Assembly (NCBI GenBank): GCA_963707025.1
Contig: CAVPOM010000018.1
Span: 288,001-352,000, forward strand
Length of the DNA: 64,000 bases
From: an uncultured Verrucomicrobiae bacterium
GTDB taxonomy: Bacteria; Verrucomicrobiota; Verrucomicrobiia; Limisphaerales; Palsa-1400
Direction of reading: 5' to 3'
The notes below the pieces were generated by a model that had not been told where the DNA came from, did no database searches, and worked only from the letters and a program-made list of their open reading frames with translations. Shown one piece after another: positions 1 to 10,590 of this stretch. Positions within the stretch are counted from its first letter, which is position 1, and each line of letters begins with the position of its first letter. The translations under genes and the position numbers were made by a program.

Positions 1-93
1 GTCCACCAATTCCTGGATGCGCTCCAGGTGGTCTTCGGTGGATTCCGACCGGCCGCGGGCGGCGGTCTGGGCCAGGCGCTGTTTTCCTTTCAC
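1..93 (-). CDS. mntR: DtxR/MntR-family metal-dependent repressor, N-terminus only (runs off window)
   Basis: Not in the ORF track. Manual translation from GTG at 93 gives MKGKQRLAQTAARGRSESTEDHLERIQELVD, matching the DtxR/MntR N-terminal S-x-EDYLExIxEL pattern. Divergent from mntH. Confidence 0.75.
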   Translation of the reverse strand, partial: MKGKQRLAQTAARGRSESTEDHLERIQELVD

Positions 94-149
94 GCCCTTT
101 TTAATAGCAAAGGGCGCGGCGGATGGCCAGTCTTTCCCGTCCGCCAGTA

Positions 150-163
150 TTAGCCGCCCCTAA
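150..163. promoter_or_regulatory. Candidate MntR/DtxR operator (TTAG-N6-CTAA)
   Basis: TTAGCCGCCCCTAA inverted repeat in the AT-rich mntR-mntH intergenic region. Resemblance to DtxR-family boxes is by eye only. Confidence 0.3.
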
Positions 164-271
164 AATTATTAAGCTCAATACATTTTATTTGCGTTAATAG
201 ACAGCCTGCGCTAAAGCTGGGAAGTGACCGAAACAGACTTTTTTGCAGCCGGCGGGGGGCGGGGGCGGTAA

Positions 272-1696
272 ATGGAGACGCTGCCGCCCATGGACACGCG
301 CGCCGCGCGCGGGCAGGAAGGCGTCGTGCCGCCGCCCGGCCATCGGTCGCTGGAGGGGATCCACAGCACGGTGGCGGTGCCTTCCGGCCAGGCTGGTTTC
401 TGGCAGAACTGGCGGGCGTTTGTCGGGCCGGCGCTGCTCATCAGCGTCGGCTACATGGACCCGGGCAATTGGGGCACCGACTTGCAGGGCGGCGCGCAAT
501 TCAAATACGGGCTGCTCTGGGTGGTCGGGCTGGCCAGCCTGATGGCCATTTTCATGCAGGTCATCTCCTCCCGCTTGGGGATAGTGACCGGGAAGGACCT
601 GGCCCAGTGCTGCCGGGATTGGTACCCGCGCTGGACGCGCTGGCCCAACTGGTTGTTCAGCGAACTGGCCATCGGCGCCTGCGATCTGGCGGAGGTGCTC
701 GGCAGCGCCGTCGCCATCAACATCATGTTCCATATCCCGCTGTTCTGGGCGGTCATCATTACGGGGCTGGACGTATTGCTTCTCCTGGCCCTGCAACGCT
801 TTGGCATCCGCACCATCGAGGCGGTGGTGCTGGTGCTGATCGCCACCATCGGCGTGTGCTACTACATCGAAATCTTCATTCTCCCGCAGACCCACCCCGG
901 GTTTGGGGAGATGGGGCGCGCCCTGGTGCTGCCCGGCCTGGGGCAAGCCGGGATGCTTTACCTGGCCATCGGCATTATCGGGGCCACCGTCATGCCCCAC
1001 AACCTTTACTTGCACTCCGCCCTGGTGCAAAGCCGCAAGCTGGAGAAGGGGGAAGCCTCCATCCGCACCGCCATCCGGTTTAATACCATTGACTCGGTCA
1101 CGGCCCTGACGGTCGCCTTCTTCGTCAACGCCGCCATCATGGTGCTGGCCGCGATGGTCTTCTACGGAAAGACCAGCGTCACCGTGGCCGGCGGGCAGCT
1201 TGTCACCTTCAGCCCCGACAGCGACTGGATTCGCATCGCCTACCTGACGCTGGCGCCCTTGATGGGCACGGCCGCGGCCAGCACGTTGTTCGTGGTGGCC
1301 CTGCTGGCCAGCGGACAGAGCAGCACCATCACGGGCACGCTGGCCGGCCAGGTGGTGATGGAGGGCTTTATGCGCTGGAGAATCCGGCCGTGGTTGCGCC
1401 GGCTCATCACCCGCACCCTGGCGATTATCCCGGCGGTGCTCATCATCGGGCTGCGCGGCGACAGCAGCGTGACTGATTTGGTCAACCTCAGCCAGGTGGT
1501 GCTGGCCCTCCAGCTCCCCTTCGCCATGTTCCCCTTGCTCCATTTCACCAGTTCCCGCGCGCGCATGGGCGCCTGGAAAAACGGCTGGTTCCTCATGGTG
1601 GCCGGCTGGGGCAGCGCGCTGCTGATTACGGCGATGGACATTTTGGGATTGCCCGACTCGCTGAAGTCGGCCTGGCAAATCATCATCGGCAAATGA
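272..1696 (+). CDS. mntH: Nramp-family Mn2+/Fe2+ transporter
   Basis: SVGYMDPGNWGTD (TM1) and MPHNLYLHS (TM6) Nramp signatures, QSSTITGTLAGQVVMEGF, multiple TM helices. Confidence 0.96.
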   Translation: METLPPMDTRAARGQEGVVPPPGHRSLEGIHSTVAVPSGQAGFWQNWRAFVGPALLISVGYMDPGNWGTDLQGGAQFKYGLLWVVGLASLMAIFMQVISSRLGIVTGKDLAQCCRDWYPRWTRWPNWLFSELAIGACDLAEVLGSAVAINIMFHIPLFWAVIITGLDVLLLLALQRFGIRTIEAVVLVLIATIGVCYYIEIFILPQTHPGFGEMGRALVLPGLGQAGMLYLAIGIIGATVMPHNLYLHSALVQSRKLEKGEASIRTAIRFNTIDSVTALTVAFFVNAAIMVLAAMVFYGKTSVTVAGGQLVTFSPDSDWIRIAYLTLAPLMGTAAASTLFVVALLASGQSSTITGTLAGQVVMEGFMRWRIRPWLRRLITRTLAIIPAVLIIGLRGDSSVTDLVNLSQVVLALQLPFAMFPLLHFTSSRARMGAWKNGWFLMVAGWGSALLITAMDILGLPDSLKSAWQIIIGK

Positions 1697-1763
1697 GGGG
1701 TGCGGATTTCCGCCGCCGCTCCGCCGGGGGAAGCCCTGGGGGAGAAGGCGGATTTCCGCGGTG

Positions 1764-3701
1764 TCAATAGGAAAAAAGGGAGTAGCCCAGGAGGTCGGAG
1801 ACCTGGTCGAGCTGCAGCAAATAGCCGGGCATGGCCTCGACCGGCACCGTTTCCGCCAGCGAATCATACTCGTGCTCCACCAGCACCTTGTCCCCGGAGC
1901 GGGCCACGGTTTTGTGGAAATGAAAAGCCGGATTATTGATGGCCCACTGGCCCGGCTCAACCGGGACGGAAAGGGGCAGGGTGATTTCCGCGCGAAAGAC
2001 CTGGTGTTGGGGATGGCTCAATCCCAAGGGCATGGAGCGAAAGGACACCAGCGGCTTTCGCACGGCGCGGTCAATGTTGTAGGAATAAAACCGGCAGACA
2101 TAGCCAGGCCCCGCCGGCAAGGGACTCCAGATCTTTTCGATCTGATAATAATCGGTCACCACCACTTGGTTGGCCTTTTCGTCGTCGCTGTACTCCAGCG
2201 GAACCACGCGCACGATGCCGGGATAAAGGGCGGCGAACGCATTTAAGTTCTCATTGGCGATGACGGAAGGCTCCGTGGTGGAAAACCGCCGCCGCATCGC
2301 GTCGGCATCGGCGCCGTCGGTGATGGTAACGACTTTGAGCTCGGTGGGCAGGCCCAGGACGCGGACCAGGGCGTATTCCAGCACGGTGGTTTTCGGCGGA
2401 ACGGGACACTCCGGGATGACGGCCAGGCTGGTCGTTTTCGCATGGAGGACCAGGCCCCGCCCGTAATTGGGCCAGGAGCGGGCCGCCAGCGGGCCGCGCT
2501 CAAAACCCGCCGTCGGGTCCAGCCAGTAGTTCTGGCTGTCCACCGAGACCTGGACGATGGCGTGATCAAAGACGGCGGCGGTGGGTTGCCAGTCCTGAAT
2601 GGTCTGACGCCAAACCGTGGACACCAAAACCGGATTGGCTTCGATGCCCAGCGCGCGCAGAATGGTCACGCAGAGCATGGTCTTGTCCTTGCAATCGCCA
2701 AAGCGGCGGGCAAAGACCAGGGAAGGATCGGCCGGGGTGAAGGCTTCCGCGCCGGTTTCAATTCCCTGGTAGCGGACTTCGTCCTGCAAAAAGCGCAGGA
2801 CGGCCAGCACCCGTTCCTCCGGGCCGGGCAGACGGCGCCACTCCTTGATCTGCCGGGCCAGTTCCGGCGAGAGAGGCGTGGCGTTGGTGAAGATGGTCAG
2901 CTCCCACTGGCTGACCTCGGACCATTTTTGGCACTCACTCCATTGCACCCAGGGCCGGGGGTCGTACCAGACGGGCAGGGGGTCCTCGCGCCGCAGGCCC
3001 GGCACCTTCTTGTAATCCCAGGTGTACTCCATCAAATCATTCTTTTTGACGACGAATGGTTTGGAGTCGGTCCCGTGGTTCTTGAAGTAAAGATGCCGGT
3101 CGGTGGGCCAAAGCAACCGGGTGGCCAGATGCTCCACCGGCTCGTACTGCCGCACCACCACGGCCCTGGACATTTTGGCCCCGCCGGCCGGATTGTCCCC
3201 TTGAATGGTCCAGGCGTAATCCACAATGTCGCCCGCCCGCACATCGTCCAGGAGGAGGAGGGCCGTTTTCTCACCGGTGAAAAGATACTGGTCCAGATCG
3301 CGTTCCGGCTGGATGACCCTGACTTTTTCCAGGTCCAGTTTGTCGAAGGTATTGGGGCCACGCCAGATTCTGGCCCAGTGCAGGACCAGGGATTGGCGGC
3401 TGGGATTAAAATCAATGGAGAGATGGGAGCTGTTTTGCACGCCCTCCCGGGTCAACAACTGGCGCGCCTCGTGATGAAAAGTCTCCTGGGTGCGGGCATT
3501 GACCTGGACATCGCGCAAGAGGAGACGGGATTCCAGGCCCGAATTCAAATCTTCCGCCTTGGTCAGCCGCTGGAAGGCCAGCGGGGCAATCCAGGGCGAA
3601 CAAGGGGCCAGGCTCACGCCAGGATCAGCCGCCTGGGCCACGCCTGCCAAAACCGCCAAGGCGAAAAACCAGCGCGCTTTGCCGCGACACCTTCCGTGCA
3701 A
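1764..3701 (-). CDS. DUF3857 + transglutaminase-like domain protein (secreted)
   Basis: RRFGDCKDK catalytic-Cys motif, FDHAIV and YWLDPT. Signal-peptide-like segment follows TTG at 3701. Start uncertain (ORF open to 3902). Confidence 0.85.
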   Translation of the reverse strand: MHGRCRGKARWFFALAVLAGVAQAADPGVSLAPCSPWIAPLAFQRLTKAEDLNSGLESRLLLRDVQVNARTQETFHHEARQLLTREGVQNSSHLSIDFNPSRQSLVLHWARIWRGPNTFDKLDLEKVRVIQPERDLDQYLFTGEKTALLLLDDVRAGDIVDYAWTIQGDNPAGGAKMSRAVVVRQYEPVEHLATRLLWPTDRHLYFKNHGTDSKPFVVKKNDLMEYTWDYKKVPGLRREDPLPVWYDPRPWVQWSECQKWSEVSQWELTIFTNATPLSPELARQIKEWRRLPGPEERVLAVLRFLQDEVRYQGIETGAEAFTPADPSLVFARRFGDCKDKTMLCVTILRALGIEANPVLVSTVWRQTIQDWQPTAAVFDHAIVQVSVDSQNYWLDPTAGFERGPLAARSWPNYGRGLVLHAKTTSLAVIPECPVPPKTTVLEYALVRVLGLPTELKVVTITDGADADAMRRRFSTTEPSVIANENLNAFAALYPGIVRVVPLEYSDDEKANQVVVTDYYQIEKIWSPLPAGPGYVCRFYSYNIDRAVRKPLVSFRSMPLGLSHPQHQVFRAEITLPLSVPVEPGQWAINNPAFHFHKTVARSGDKVLVEHEYDSLAETVPVEAMPGYLLQLDQVSDLLGYSLFSY

Positions 3702-3840
3702 AACGGTTTCCCGGCAAACGTCCGACCGCAAAATGTCCGCGCCGGCATTCAAAGGATTCAAAAACTCACTTATGCGACCGCCAGGGAACATAACATTTGG
3801 CCGGCTATTTGAAAAGCCGAGAATGCGCCGGGCACTTGGT

Positions 3841-4170
3841 TCAATCCTGTCTGGGCGGTTCGAGCAACCTTCGCGGCAGGTCGCGCCGCCCATGCACCGC
3901 ACGGCGCATCACGACCTCTCCGGAGAGGATTTCGTAAAAGAGGACATGTTTTTTAAACGGGCGAAAGACGAGAAAAAAGCGCCAGTCACGCAACCGCTGA
4001 TGCGCAAAGCCGCCGCGCGGCCCAAGCCCAGGATGCCTTCCCAACAGTTGACAGGTGGCCTGCACTGAGTCGAGATAATGATCGGCCACATCCCAGCCCG
4101 CATGGGCGACGTACCAATCGAACTGCTGTTCAACGTCGGCGATGAAATCGTCCGTCTTGCGGACGTTCAT
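3841..4170 (-). CDS. RelE/ParE-family toxin
   Basis: 109 aa with C-terminal HVLFYE...RRAVHGRRDL. Overlaps the upstream antitoxin by 4 nt. Confidence 0.85.
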   Translation of the reverse strand: MNVRKTDDFIADVEQQFDWYVAHAGWDVADHYLDSVQATCQLLGRHPGLGPRGGFAHQRLRDWRFFLVFRPFKKHVLFYEILSGEVVMRRAVHGRRDLPRRLLEPPRQD

Positions 4171-4430
4171 GAGGCGGGCGATTCAACGCGCGCCCGCGCT
4201 CGTTCCCGGATGGCCGTGAAATCCGCTGCCGTCAGCGGCGTGGCTGGCTTGTCCGCGGCTTCCAACAACCAGGCTTCGAGGTCGGGCGTGACGGTGAAAG
4301 GCCTGGACTGCTGGTCGCGCACGGAGCGAAGCACATCATTAACGAGGTTGCTGGCATCAGCACAAATCCCTGCCTGAACTTGCTCCTGCAAAAAATCTTC
4401 AACGTCTTTGGCCAATGCAATCCTCATCAA
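4167..4430 (-). CDS. ParD-like ribbon-helix-helix antitoxin
   Basis: MRIAL..EDFLQEQVQAG...ASNLVNDVLR RHH-like N-terminus and C-terminal PLTAADFTAIR. Directly upstream of ParE. Confidence 0.8.
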   Translation of the reverse strand: MMRIALAKDVEDFLQEQVQAGICADASNLVNDVLRSVRDQQSRPFTVTPDLEAWLLEAADKPATPLTAADFTAIRERARARVESPAS

Positions 4431-4735
4431 TTCAATATGCAGGGGAGGAAAGGCCGTGTCAAATGCTCATCCGTTCCGCGGCGGTTTCTCTCCCGCCCAG
4501 ATCGAGTCACTATTGAACTGCATCCAGAAGAACCAAGCAGCAGGACTGCGAGGGTTGCGAGAGCAAGGCAACGAAATTTCTTCATAGCTGCGATTGCGAC
4601 CGGATTTTATTATATGCCGTCCGGTTCGTCTTTCGAAAACAGTCTTCTCGCCGAATCCGAAATTCCCAAGTCGTTGATCATCAACATTACTTCCTCTTAA
4701 TATGCCACCGACGGCTCGCTTATTGAAATACAAAA

Positions 4736-5719
4736 TCAATGCAGCACGGCTTGCGCCAGCGGACCGGCGGGGAGATCTAGGATCTGAACGCTGGAGATGG
4801 TTTTGATCGTTTGGCGGCCGTAAAATGTCCAGACCACGCGTTTGTCGGGAGTGACTTCAATCAAGTCCGGAGCGGTGCCAAATTGATTGTGGCCCAGCCA
4901 GTTGGCCATGACGGTGTTGCCGTTGGGCAGGCGTTGCAGACCGGCCATGAACTTCAGACTGATGCCGGGCAACTCATCGCCTTGCACCTGCCAGACGGTC
5001 TTTCCGGCCGGATCGGCCTCGAACACGCGGCGGCCGCCCTGGCCGTCGGCGCAGGCAATCAAGGTGTTGCCGCCGGGCAGGCGCACCACGCTGTGGGGGC
5101 CGCCGGCGGCGGGGATTTCCAGCACCACTTTGCCCAGCGGGTCGTACTCGCGCACGACTTGATCGCCGTAATGGGCCACCAGATAGTTGCCGCTGGCCAG
5201 GCGGCGCGCGTTGCGCATGTAGGTGTGGCCGCCGTTTTTGCCCTCGGGCAGCAAGCGCAGTTGCTGGACGATCCGGCTGTCCGGGTCAACTTCCAGCAAG
5301 CGGCCCGCGCTGCATTCGCCGATGAACGTGTTGCCGTTGGCCAGGCGCTGGCAGGCGTAAATTTCACTGGAGGAGTTGTACTGGAAAACCACCCGGTGAT
5401 CGCGTGTGACCTCTTTGACCCCGTGGCCGGTGGTGAACAGAATATGGCCGCCGGGCAGAGCCCAAACATCATTGGCGTTGGTGGCGCCATCGTATTCCCA
5501 CTCAATCCTGCCTTCCGGCGAAACGATGAAGACTTTGCCTTGAGTGTAGTCGGTGCAGACGAAGGAGTGTCCCAATCCGCTTTCAGACTGGGCGTGGATT
5601 GCCATCGCCAGCACTGTGACAGGGAAAATGTGAAAGATGCGCCCCGCGCAGCGCCGGGCCGGCCGGGCGGGAGCGACCGCCCTCCTCAACCAATTGCCAC
5701 AAGCGCAAAGCAATCTCAT
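4736..5719 (-). CDS. Secreted beta-propeller protein (arylsulfotransferase-like/PQQ-like repeats)
   Basis: Repeated RLxNGNTxI / EVxPDGKxVW blades. ATG overlaps the upstream GH105 stop (TAATG). Confidence 0.7.
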   Translation of the reverse strand: MRLLCACGNWLRRAVAPARPARRCAGRIFHIFPVTVLAMAIHAQSESGLGHSFVCTDYTQGKVFIVSPEGRIEWEYDGATNANDVWALPGGHILFTTGHGVKEVTRDHRVVFQYNSSSEIYACQRLANGNTFIGECSAGRLLEVDPDSRIVQQLRLLPEGKNGGHTYMRNARRLASGNYLVAHYGDQVVREYDPLGKVVLEIPAAGGPHSVVRLPGGNTLIACADGQGGRRVFEADPAGKTVWQVQGDELPGISLKFMAGLQRLPNGNTVMANWLGHNQFGTAPDLIEVTPDKRVVWTFYGRQTIKTISSVQILDLPAGPLAQAVLH

Positions 5720-6891
5720 TATCGCGAAACCGGGGCTGGCAGCGTGGCGGCGGGTCGCAGCCAGGCCGAGGCGCACCACAAAACGGGCGCCTGGCCGTGC
5801 AGGTCGCCGGTGAGGCGTTGGCGCGTCAGATAATACTCCAGATCATTTCTTTTGTTGGTGCCTTCACAAACGTCGCGGATCTCGGAGTGATCGTTGATGG
5901 ATTGGACCAGTCCCAGCCAGCCCCGGCGCGCCGCCGCGGCGTAGGCCGGCCCGTCCAGCCAGCCGTTCTTGACGCCGGTGATGAGGGCAAAGGTGAACAT
6001 GCCGGAGCCGGAAGTTTCCGCGAAGGATTCCGGGTGGTCAACAAGCTGGCGCCACAAGCCGTCCTGGCCCTGGTAGGGGAGCAAGGAGGCCATCATTTTT
6101 TTGTAGCCGTCCAGGATGCGGGCGCGTTGCGGATGGTTCTGCGGCAGCGACCGCAACAGCTCGCTCATGCCGGCGGCCACCCAGCCGTTGCCGCGTCCCC
6201 AAAAAAACGGCGCGTCGGGAGCGTGATAAAACAAGCCGTTGCTTTGTTGCAATGCGTCCAGGTAGGCGGTCATTTCCAGGGCGGCGTGATCGAGATACTG
6301 GGGCTGGCCGGTGGCGCGGAAGGCCTGGACCTGCACCAGGGTAATCATGAACATGTCGTCAATCCAGAAACGGGAATGCCAGCTCAAGCCGCGCTCCACC
6401 CAGCCGGAGACTTGGGGACTGAGCCTGGCCCTGGCGTTGCCGACGGGCGTTTCCCATTGGGCGTCGGCGAACCGTTTGCCCAAATCCAGATATTTCTGCT
6501 CCCGGGTCTGGATGAAAATCTCCAGCGGGACGGAGCCGAAAACCGTGGAGTCCACGTTGACCGGACGCGGCACCAGCCTGGCTTCCTCGCCCAAGAGCGG
6601 GTCGAAGCGCCGGATGAGCCGGGCCGCCAGGTCGTGGTTGCTGCTTAATTGGGCGAAGGTCAGCGCGCCATACCAGGCGCACGTCTCTGGATATATGATT
6701 GACGTTACCGCATTGGTCCGGCCCGGATTCCCATGGGGGGTGAGGACGAAATGTTCCGCCACGCGCAGGCCGACTTCCTGCGGCGAAGCGCCCTTGGGCC
6801 AGGACGCCTCCCCGGCCCGGAGCAGCGGCGCGGCGGAGACAGCGCCGGCGATGACGGCCGCGGTCAATCCCCGTAAAATTCCGTTGTTCAT
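5719..6891 (-). CDS. Glycoside hydrolase family 105/88 (unsaturated rhamnogalacturonyl hydrolase-like)
   Basis: WIDDMFM, GLFYH...FFWGRGNGW and ETSGSGMF motifs; signal peptide. Confidence 0.9.
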   Translation of the reverse strand: MNNGILRGLTAAVIAGAVSAAPLLRAGEASWPKGASPQEVGLRVAEHFVLTPHGNPGRTNAVTSIIYPETCAWYGALTFAQLSSNHDLAARLIRRFDPLLGEEARLVPRPVNVDSTVFGSVPLEIFIQTREQKYLDLGKRFADAQWETPVGNARARLSPQVSGWVERGLSWHSRFWIDDMFMITLVQVQAFRATGQPQYLDHAALEMTAYLDALQQSNGLFYHAPDAPFFWGRGNGWVAAGMSELLRSLPQNHPQRARILDGYKKMMASLLPYQGQDGLWRQLVDHPESFAETSGSGMFTFALITGVKNGWLDGPAYAAAARRGWLGLVQSINDHSEIRDVCEGTNKRNDLEYYLTRQRLTGDLHGQAPVLWCASAWLRPAATLPAPVSR

Positions 6892-8231
6892 GGTTTCTTC
6901 AATTTTTCCAATGCCGGCCGCTCAACGATGGCGGTGGCCCACAGGAAACCCGCGACCGCTTCCTTGGCATTGATCTTTTGTTGGTATTTGATGTAGGCTT
7001 GCCAGTTGTTTTGGACGCCCACGCCGTCGCAGGCGCTGTAAATGTCCACCAGGCCCTTGTCATTGATTTTGGCGTTTTGCGTGATGCCGGCGTAACCCTT
7101 GGCCACCACCGGCCCGTATTCCTTTTTATCGAGCAAACCAAGTTCAATGCCCTTTTGCAATGCGTAAGTGAACATGGCGCTGCCGGAATTGTCCGTCCAA
7201 TTGCCGGGGAGGCCGCCCTTGTCCACGACCTGAAACCAGCGGCCGCTGGCGGCATCCTGGGTGCGTTTCAACCCGGCGGCGAGACGGCGGAAAATGTCTT
7301 CCACCTCGGGGCGGCGCGCGTGGCCGGGCGGCAAAACCGCCAGCGTTTCGACCACGACCAGGGCATACCAGCCGAGGCCTTCGCTCCAAACTTCCGGCGA
7401 CAATCCGGTTTGGCCGTCGGCCCACTTCGGGACGTTGCCGCCGTGGCCCGGTTCAAAAACCCCATGCAGATAAAGTCCCGAGTCGTCGCGCTGGGCGCGC
7501 CGGGCATAGACGGTGATTTGTTGGGCGGCCTCGTCCCAGCAATACGGGCTGTCGCCGATGGATTTGCCGTAGCGGATGACAAACATCTGACCCATGAAAA
7601 TGCCGTCAATCCACATCTGGCCGTTCATGGCGCGGTTGTGCCAGAAACCGCCGTCGCGGTTGCGCGGATAATCGTCCAGCGCGCGCCGGATCTTTTCGGC
7701 GGCTTTGCGGTAGCGCTCGTCCTGGGTGTCTTCGTAGAGCATGACCAGGGTGGTGCCGGTCATCATGTTGTCCAGGTTGTTGAAATTGGGGCGGTTGGTC
7801 TGGCCTCGGGCGTTGACCACGCCGCGAAAAGCGCCGTTTTCGTCCACGAACTGGTCAATGTAACGCCTGGCATAGTCAAAATACTTTTTGTCTCCCGTGG
7901 CGCGATAGAGCATGTCAAAGCCGTAAAGCTCATAGCCGTTGACGTACGTCCAGGAATTGAAATAGGCCTTGGCGAAATCCGGCCAGCGCGCCATGATCGT
8001 CGCGGCGGCGGCGACCGACCAAAACGGCGGTGCCTGGCCCGGCGGGTAATCCAGGCGCGCTTCCGGCGAGGCGGTGACGGCGGCGTCCGGGATGGCCGGC
8101 GTTTGGGGAGAAGGCCCCGCCGGCAACGCGCCAGCCAGGGCGGTGGTGGAGAAAAACAGAACCGCCGTCGCGTACCGAAGCGGGCCGCGAACCATAAACC
8201 CGGGCAAGGCGGACTGGCGGCGGATTTTCAT
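6888..8231 (-). CDS. Glycoside hydrolase family 105/88
   Basis: GGFWH...QMWIDGIFMG, WSEGLGW and DNSGSAMF motifs; signal peptide. Confidence 0.88.
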   Translation of the reverse strand: MKIRRQSALPGFMVRGPLRYATAVLFFSTTALAGALPAGPSPQTPAIPDAAVTASPEARLDYPPGQAPPFWSVAAAATIMARWPDFAKAYFNSWTYVNGYELYGFDMLYRATGDKKYFDYARRYIDQFVDENGAFRGVVNARGQTNRPNFNNLDNMMTGTTLVMLYEDTQDERYRKAAEKIRRALDDYPRNRDGGFWHNRAMNGQMWIDGIFMGQMFVIRYGKSIGDSPYCWDEAAQQITVYARRAQRDDSGLYLHGVFEPGHGGNVPKWADGQTGLSPEVWSEGLGWYALVVVETLAVLPPGHARRPEVEDIFRRLAAGLKRTQDAASGRWFQVVDKGGLPGNWTDNSGSAMFTYALQKGIELGLLDKKEYGPVVAKGYAGITQNAKINDKGLVDIYSACDGVGVQNNWQAYIKYQQKINAKEAVAGFLWATAIVERPALEKLKKP

Positions 8232-8596
8232 GTTATACAATTACAAAATCAGCCCCGGCGTCCGCCAGAACATTTGCACGACATTCTCTTTGCCCGATTC
8301 CCGCGCGCAAGAACCCCTGCAAACCCGCTGGCGCAAAAAAGGCCCACATTCCGAAGGGAGTTCCCCCCGGAATGTGGGTTTGCAGAAACGAAAACCAACA
8401 ATTCCCAATATTCCCTGTATTCATATCGGCATTCCTTCTAAAAAAGATTAGAGGCGGTTGAAACCGAATGGCGGGATAATCACCGTCTGGCCGGCCAGGG
8501 ACGCCCCCGGACCCCTCTGTCGCCCGGCAAACGGTCTGCCTGCCTGCCACTCTCACTTTCAGCGAAGGCAATCGTCGTCGGCGCGGGCGCGCCCGC

Positions 8597-9955
8597 TCAT
8601 TTTTGGGCCAAATCCACGCAGACGATTTCTTGATCGTTTCGCGCATACATCCGCCGATTGGCGAAGGCAGGATGCGACCAGACCACCGGGCGGCCGGGAT
8701 CGCGATTGGCCGGCTCAATGACGTGCGCCCGGCTGATCTCCTCATAGCCCTTGGGCGTGAGCCGGGCGATGATCAAATCGCCCTTTTCGTTGAACAGGAA
8801 AAAGCGGTCCTGATTCTTGATAATGAAGGCATTGGCCCAGCGCATGGCCTTGCCGTCGGCGGTGGTGGCGCTCAGAGTTTCCCAAACCCGCTCTCCGGTG
8901 CCGGCCTTGAGGCAGCGCAATTGGCCGTAGCTGCAAACCCCGTAGATATATCCGTCCTGCAGGAAAGGCGTGCTCAAGGTCGAATGCAACCCGTCGGTGT
9001 TCTGTTCGCTGACGCGCTGGCTTTGCCAGACGGTCGCGGCCAGCGGTTTGGAGGCATCCAGCCGGAGCATCCACGAGCCGTTGTAAAAACAGGTCAGAAA
9101 AAGCAAATCGTCCATTTGCCGCGGCGTCGGGATCGTCATGCCGGCGCGCACAGGCTCCGGCGACTTCAAGGACCAATAAACTTTGCCCGTTTCCGGATCC
9201 AGCGAATTGACCGATTCCGGATGCCAAACGATCAGTTGCCTGACGCCGCCCGCCTGAAAGATCACCGGGGAACAGTAGCCCGGCTCCTTGGCGCTCAGTG
9301 CCCGCCAGATTTCCCGGCCGGTGTTTTTGTCCAAAGCGACCACCGTCGAGTTGGAGCCGGCGGCCAGGCAAATCAGCCGGTTGCCGTCCAGCAGCGGGTT
9401 TCCCGCGAAGCCCCACGTCGGGGTCTTGATCTTGTAATCCTCTTTGAAATCCCGCGACCACACGACCCTGCCCGTCGCCGCGTCCAGGCAGAACAAATTG
9501 CCTTCCGCTCCGAGCGCGAAGACTTTGCCCTCGCTGACCACGGGCGTGGTGCGCGGACCAGCCGGGTAGGCCACGGTATAGGGACAGTCGTATTCGTGCC
9601 GCCACAGGACTTTGCCATCGTCCGCGTTCAGGCAGACAATCCGCTCGGTGCCAGGGATGCTCCCGCGCTCCATCGCGTTGGTCGGTCTGTCGGAGGCTTT
9701 GGCAAACTGGTGGTCGAGGAGATAGACGCGCCCTCGGGCCACAGCGGGGCCGGAATAGCCGGAGCCGATGGCCGCGCGCCACACCACCGGCGGACCGCCG
9801 GCCGGAAACGAACTGACGATGCCGGACTCGCGCCAAACGCTGTCCCTCTCCGGCCCAAGCCACTGCGGCCAATCGTCAGCCCGCAAGCCGGCCGCACAGC
9901 CCATCGCCAGCGCGGCCATCCCTATTCCACGCCTAAAAAATCCTTTTGATTGCAT
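8597..9955 (-). CDS. PQQ-binding-like beta-propeller repeat protein
   Basis: Signal peptide followed by DWPQWLGPERD, GSGYSGP, CLDAxTGxxVW repeats and C-terminal WSHPAFAN. Typical PVC family. Start uncertain. Confidence 0.88.
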   Translation of the reverse strand: MQSKGFFRRGIGMAALAMGCAAGLRADDWPQWLGPERDSVWRESGIVSSFPAGGPPVVWRAAIGSGYSGPAVARGRVYLLDHQFAKASDRPTNAMERGSIPGTERIVCLNADDGKVLWRHEYDCPYTVAYPAGPRTTPVVSEGKVFALGAEGNLFCLDAATGRVVWSRDFKEDYKIKTPTWGFAGNPLLDGNRLICLAAGSNSTVVALDKNTGREIWRALSAKEPGYCSPVIFQAGGVRQLIVWHPESVNSLDPETGKVYWSLKSPEPVRAGMTIPTPRQMDDLLFLTCFYNGSWMLRLDASKPLAATVWQSQRVSEQNTDGLHSTLSTPFLQDGYIYGVCSYGQLRCLKAGTGERVWETLSATTADGKAMRWANAFIIKNQDRFFLFNEKGDLIIARLTPKGYEEISRAHVIEPANRDPGRPVVWSHPAFANRRMYARNDQEIVCVDLAQK

Positions 9956-10015
9956 TAGACAGTCTGGTGTTGCCGCCCGGCAAAGTCCATTCCGAAACAT
10001 GCAGCGCGCACCATC

Positions 10016-10140
10016 TTGTCCGCCGTAGCTCTAGCGAAGGCGGATCATCCGGCTTGCAAAAGGCAGGAAGGCGAAGCCGACCTGTCCGCCGTCTTGTCCG
10101 CCGTAGGCCCGGCGAAGGCCAAAGGCCCGGCGAAGGTGGA
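10016..10140. repeat. REP-like palindromic repeat cluster (TCCGCCGTAG...GCGAAGGCGG)
   Basis: Two to three imperfect copies of (T)CCGCCGTAGnnnnGCGAAGGCGG. Another copy lies at 16389-16418. Confidence 0.6.
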
Positions 10141-10590
10141 ATGCCAACACGCGAACGCTCCGCCCCAACAAGTGCCTGGTCGTGAAGTCGCTGGATTCCA
10201 GCTTGCGCCCTATCTGCCCTTCGCAACATGGAATCCACCGCCATCACCACCAGGCAGTTAACGCCAGGCGAGGAGAAGCCGCTTTTGGGGTGTCCGCCTT
10301 GTTTTCCGCTGGCGCGGAGGGGGAGAAATCAGACTGGCCATAACTCGCTCTCAGCCGCCGCGAGGGGCGGCAATTTCCTTTTTCTGGCTTCTACCCGCTG
10401 GCTATCCGGTTGTTTGTGCCCTGCTGCTTGCAGGCCCCTGACTCGAAATTGACAACGCTATTTATCAGGAGTCCTCACACGTCATCCCAGCCTTGATTAT
10501 CAAGCCTTTACAGCATTTTACCTCATCCCGAATCCTCCCGAATCTGCCTGCAAAATCCCATACAGTATCAGATTTACCACCAGTCACCCA

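Noticed and set aside
4467..4739. Small ORF between parD and the propeller gene
   Set aside because: No recognisable features; likely non-coding.
10430..10590. Second attC or tRNA 3' att site after the GIY-YIG gene
   Set aside because: No RYYYAAC...GTTRRRY pair, and TTCGAGTC lacks a T-stem context.
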